Assembly (NCBI GenBank): GCA_964016885.1
Contig: OZ024756.1
Span: 21,886,001-21,950,000 of the forward strand
Reading direction: 5' to 3'
DNA length: 64,000 nucleotides
Source: Eledone cirrhosa
Taxonomy: Eukaryota
Part shown: positions 60,572 to 64,000 of the stretch, piece by piece
How positions within the stretch are numbered: the stretch's first letter is position 1
How the letters are laid out: each line of letters begins with the position of its first letter
Notes under the pieces: generated by a model
What the model saw: the letters and a program-made list of their open reading frames with translations, nothing else
Told to the model about the DNA's origin: nothing
Database searches by the model: none
Made by a program: the position numbers and the translations under genes

Positions 60572-60845
60572 ATAGTAGTGGTTGTTTTTATAGTGTAGAT
60601 AACCCCTATAATAACCACATCAACACATATGAAATATACTAATAACTGTAAACTTAGTAATAAGAAGAACAACAAAAACAGCACTAATGATAAGTAACAG
60701 GAGAAGGCGGTGGAGAGGAATATATATATATATATATATACAAACATATATTTATATACAAATACACACGCACACACATATTTGTATATATGCCTGTGTA
60801 TATGTATGTAAATGAATATTTATATACACATACATACATATATAT

Positions 60846-60879
<34 letters not shown>

Positions 60880-60982
60880 ATAAATATATATATAAATATT
60901 TATACACACACACACATATATTTGTATATATACCTGTATATATATTTATATATACACACACACACATACATACATATATATG

Positions 60983-61030
<48 letters not shown>

Positions 61031-61421
61031 TACATATATATATACACACACACATCCATACATACATATATATATGAATATTTATACACACACATATACA
61101 TATGCACGAATATTTACACACGCACACACACAAACATATATATGTGTGTGTGTGTTTGTGTGCGTGCCTACTTTTATGTATATGAATGAATAATTCTAAT
61201 TTAAATTTAAATGGAAGTTTATTCGGTATAAATTTAATATTCTTTCATTGCTCTCACCGGTGAAAGTATTTTCGTTCTACGAATTGATATAAATGTCAAG
61301 ATTCAGAGTTAATAGGATCATTAAATAAATTGCTATACAGCAAAATGATTTTTTTATACTTTACTTTAAATAAAAATACAGCAAAATCGAGTCTTAACCA
61401 GGTGTCTTTACTGTTTCACTA

Positions 61422-61478
<57 letters not shown>

Positions 61479-61579
61479 TGTGTGTGTGTGTGTGTGTGTC
61501 TGTGTGTGTTTGTGTGTGTATATATATATATATAGTTATAGGAATAACCAAAGAGTGCTTAGAAATACAATGTTTTATT

Positions 61580-61626
61580 AGCTAACAGTGTTTCATCCAT
61601 ACCCCATGGCAGGAATCATCAGAGCC
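61580..61626 (-). ncRNA. Minimal type I hammerhead in a TA-embedded element (about 61538-61780)
   Basis: GGCU-CUGAUGA-U-UCC-UGCC-augg-GGUA-u-GGA-U-GAAAC-acu-GUU|AGCU, followed by AAUAAA. Confidence 0.7.
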
Positions 61627-61989
61627 TATAAACAGAAGTATATCAATAGTTGCATGCTTCATCGAGCTGCGTCACCAGAACAAGGTTAAAGGACCAGCAG
61701 GGGAGTCTCGAGGCCAGCGCTATATGGAAAAAGACAGAATACATGATGCACATAATGTCATAAAATGTCTTAAAAAATTATATATATATATATATATATT
61801 CAAATAATGAATCAAAACGTATCAAATATGTTTTTCTCAATAAGCAAGTTCAATAGACTTTATCTAGAGCCATAATAACCAAATGAAAATATATATGTAT
61901 ATGTAGAGAGAGAAAGAGTCGTATATCGTAGAAGAAACTCTGTAGTTTGTATATACGAGAAATACATATTCTATAGAAGAATATGTATA

Positions 61990-62185
61990 TATGTGGAATC
62001 GTAAGTGAAACCTTATAGCGCTATTTCATACTTGAAAGTTGTGGCTAAAAATCAATCTATATAATCGACCATCGAAAAATAATCAATCAATATAATTGAT
62101 CATCGAAGACAAACTATCGATTATGATTAAACCACATGAGACTCAGGTACGCAGAGTATAAGGGCTCACTTACGATTCCACCCGT
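61990..62185. mobile_element. Diverged fold-back element next to a TA tract
   Basis: gtggaatcgtaagtgaaaccttata versus tataagggctcacttacgattccac. Confidence 0.5.
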
Positions 62186-62194
62186 GTACACACA

Positions 62195-62244
<50 letters not shown>

Positions 62245-62395
62245 TGTTTTTGAAATGCGCATAATAAAATACATGGAACTCCTTTAACCATCTTTTGATC
62301 TTATATTATGCATACTCCAGTCCTACAAACTGTAGAGTGCTTCTTATCCGATATCTGCATTGCTTTATTGTACTACAATAAAACTCACCTCCTAC

Positions 62396-62466
<71 letters not shown>

Positions 62467-62468
<2 letters not shown>

Positions 62469-62613
62469 CAAGCACGAAGGATTAAGCCTTCATTATGTTT
62501 ATTGGTTGGTAGCGTAACCAACGTTTCGCTATTGATCGCCTCAAGGTTCGATCTGTATCGATCTAAGTCGACTCTGGAATCAAAGGCTCGTCTGACCTCT
62601 GTTGTAGTAATAA
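62467..62613 (-). mobile_element. Family F copy
   Basis: Homologous to 573-714 and 21258-21395. Confidence 0.7.
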
Positions 62614-62759
62614 CAGAATGAATATACATGGCATATAAAAAGTCTAACATTCATATGTTGGTCAGTTTATGTTGTTTTGATTGGTGGGTAAGTTATGATG
62701 TGTGTTTTGGCCTGTAAGATAGGTGTGTGTGTGTGGGGGGGGGGGGTTTACACTCCCTG

Positions 62760-62822
<63 letters not shown>

Positions 62823-62953
62823 GTGAGGTTTTTTTTACAAAATGAAAAATAACCGAGGTGTCCTACACGAGTGGAAGTATAAAGAAAAAGGGATGAAATC
62901 GAAAATGCAACTGAAGTCTTATTTTTTTAAAAAATATATATATTTATTTGGTT

Positions 62954-62991
62954 CCTTTACCGGTTTCGCAGTTCTTCTGCTTTTCAAAAGG
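62954..62991 (-). ncRNA. Minimal hammerhead with U3-A8 core (family I element 62818-63027)
   Basis: CCUU-UUGAAAA-GCAG-aagaa-CUGC-GAAAC-CG-GUA|AAGG. Confidence 0.7.
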
Positions 62992-63043
62992 TGAGTTGAG
63001 ATGGAGGGTCTGTGGTTTTTCTCACAAATATATATATATATTT

Positions 63044-63396
63044 CTAGGGCGGGTAAAATTCCAGAGATCCATGGACGAGTTCTCTCCAGCGGTCTCTGTC
63101 CCTCATTATCGCTGCCATGTCCTGCGTCTCTAACAGACCAGTGTCTGTCCTTAGGGCATCAACATACGTTAACCTTGGTCTTCCTCTTCTAGTGTGTCCA
63201 TGTAGGGGCTCCCAAAGGAGCACTGAGTTCAATGTCAACTCTGGATTTCGGTGAGCATGTCCAGTTAACCTCAGTCTCCTCTGTGTCACTTTTGAGCTCA
63301 CTTTTGGGATGCTCCCATACAGCTCTGAGTTTTTCATCCTCAGATGGTGGATGGGTGCTACACGAAAATGTTGAGGATGGCTCTGAACATTAATCA

Positions 63397-63398
<2 letters not shown>
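63044..63398 (-). mobile_element. RTE-clade LINE 3' fragment with a 5' inversion
   Basis: Minus strand RMKNSELYGSIPKVSSKVTQRRLRLTGH...[17 protein letters not shown]...*; plus strand 63341-63398 encodes the preceding segment QMVDGCYTKMLRMALNINQ. Confidence 0.85.
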
Positions 63399-63437
<39 letters not shown>

Positions 63438-63439
<2 letters not shown>

Positions 63440-63863
63440 CAGAAGGGATATTCAATTTGTTGGTAATTCAACAAATATAAATGTTTAAAACTGATTCAGA
63501 GCACTCAACAAGTTTTCTGGAGTATAATATACAATGATATTAAATAAATGGAAACTATATTTATAAAACCATATTTATTCTATTATATATATTTCAAGGG
63601 TACCAACAATTTTGGTACGCTTTCATCAGATAAAATACGAAGTGTGTTTTATAAATTTTGACATAACCAAGGATCTTCCCTTCACTATTTCATGGATAAC
63701 TTGAACCGTTAAGGTAGATTATTCTTGGTTATGTCAAAATTTATAAAACACACTTTGTATTTTATCTGGTGATAGCGTACCAAACTTGTTGGTAACCTTG
63801 AAATATATATAATAGAATAAATATGGTTTTATAAATATAGTTTCCATTTATTTAATATCATAG

Positions 63864-63865
<2 letters not shown>
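63438..63865 (-). mobile_element. Family D fold-back element with hammerheads (63577-63636 on -; mutated copy at 63759-63818 on +)
   Basis: Inverted arms of about 140 bp; AUUUUAU-CUGAUGA-AAGC-GUACCAA-aauug-UUGGUAC-CCUU-GAAAUAUAUAUA|AUAGAAU. Confidence 0.85.
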
Positions 63866-63933
<68 letters not shown>

Positions 63934-64000
63934 GATTTGTACACTTAATATATTTTAACGCTATCTAAGTTTTGGTGGCTTAAGTCTGATCTCAATTGTT

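Overview
AT-rich (TA)n-saturated eukaryotic genomic DNA. The SINE content and microsatellite style are most consistent with an octopod cephalopod (inference, not proven). Almost all long ORFs in the supplied track are microsatellite artefacts. Supported content: (1) the last two coding exons of a + strand gene for an uncharacterised coiled-coil protein (1630-1963 spliced in frame to 3821-4403); (2) two tRNA-derived SINE families, one forming tandem arrays; (3) fragments of R4/Dong-like, RTE and CR1-group LINEs, a hAT MITE and a decayed Tc1/mariner; (4) the dominant signal, more than a dozen mutually unrelated families of short elements inserted in (TA)n tracts. These are often fold-back (inverted-arm) or tandem structures, and most carry a complete or half type-I hammerhead ribozyme that I folded by eye. 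One still encodes the C-terminus of a Penelope-like GIY-YIG endonuclease region, which points to Penelope-like elements (PLEs) as the engine. Highlights are a 559-bp tandem retrozyme-like array with one ribozyme per unit, an element whose 5' end falls at its predicted self-cleavage site, and two independent families with a compensatory U3-A8 catalytic core.
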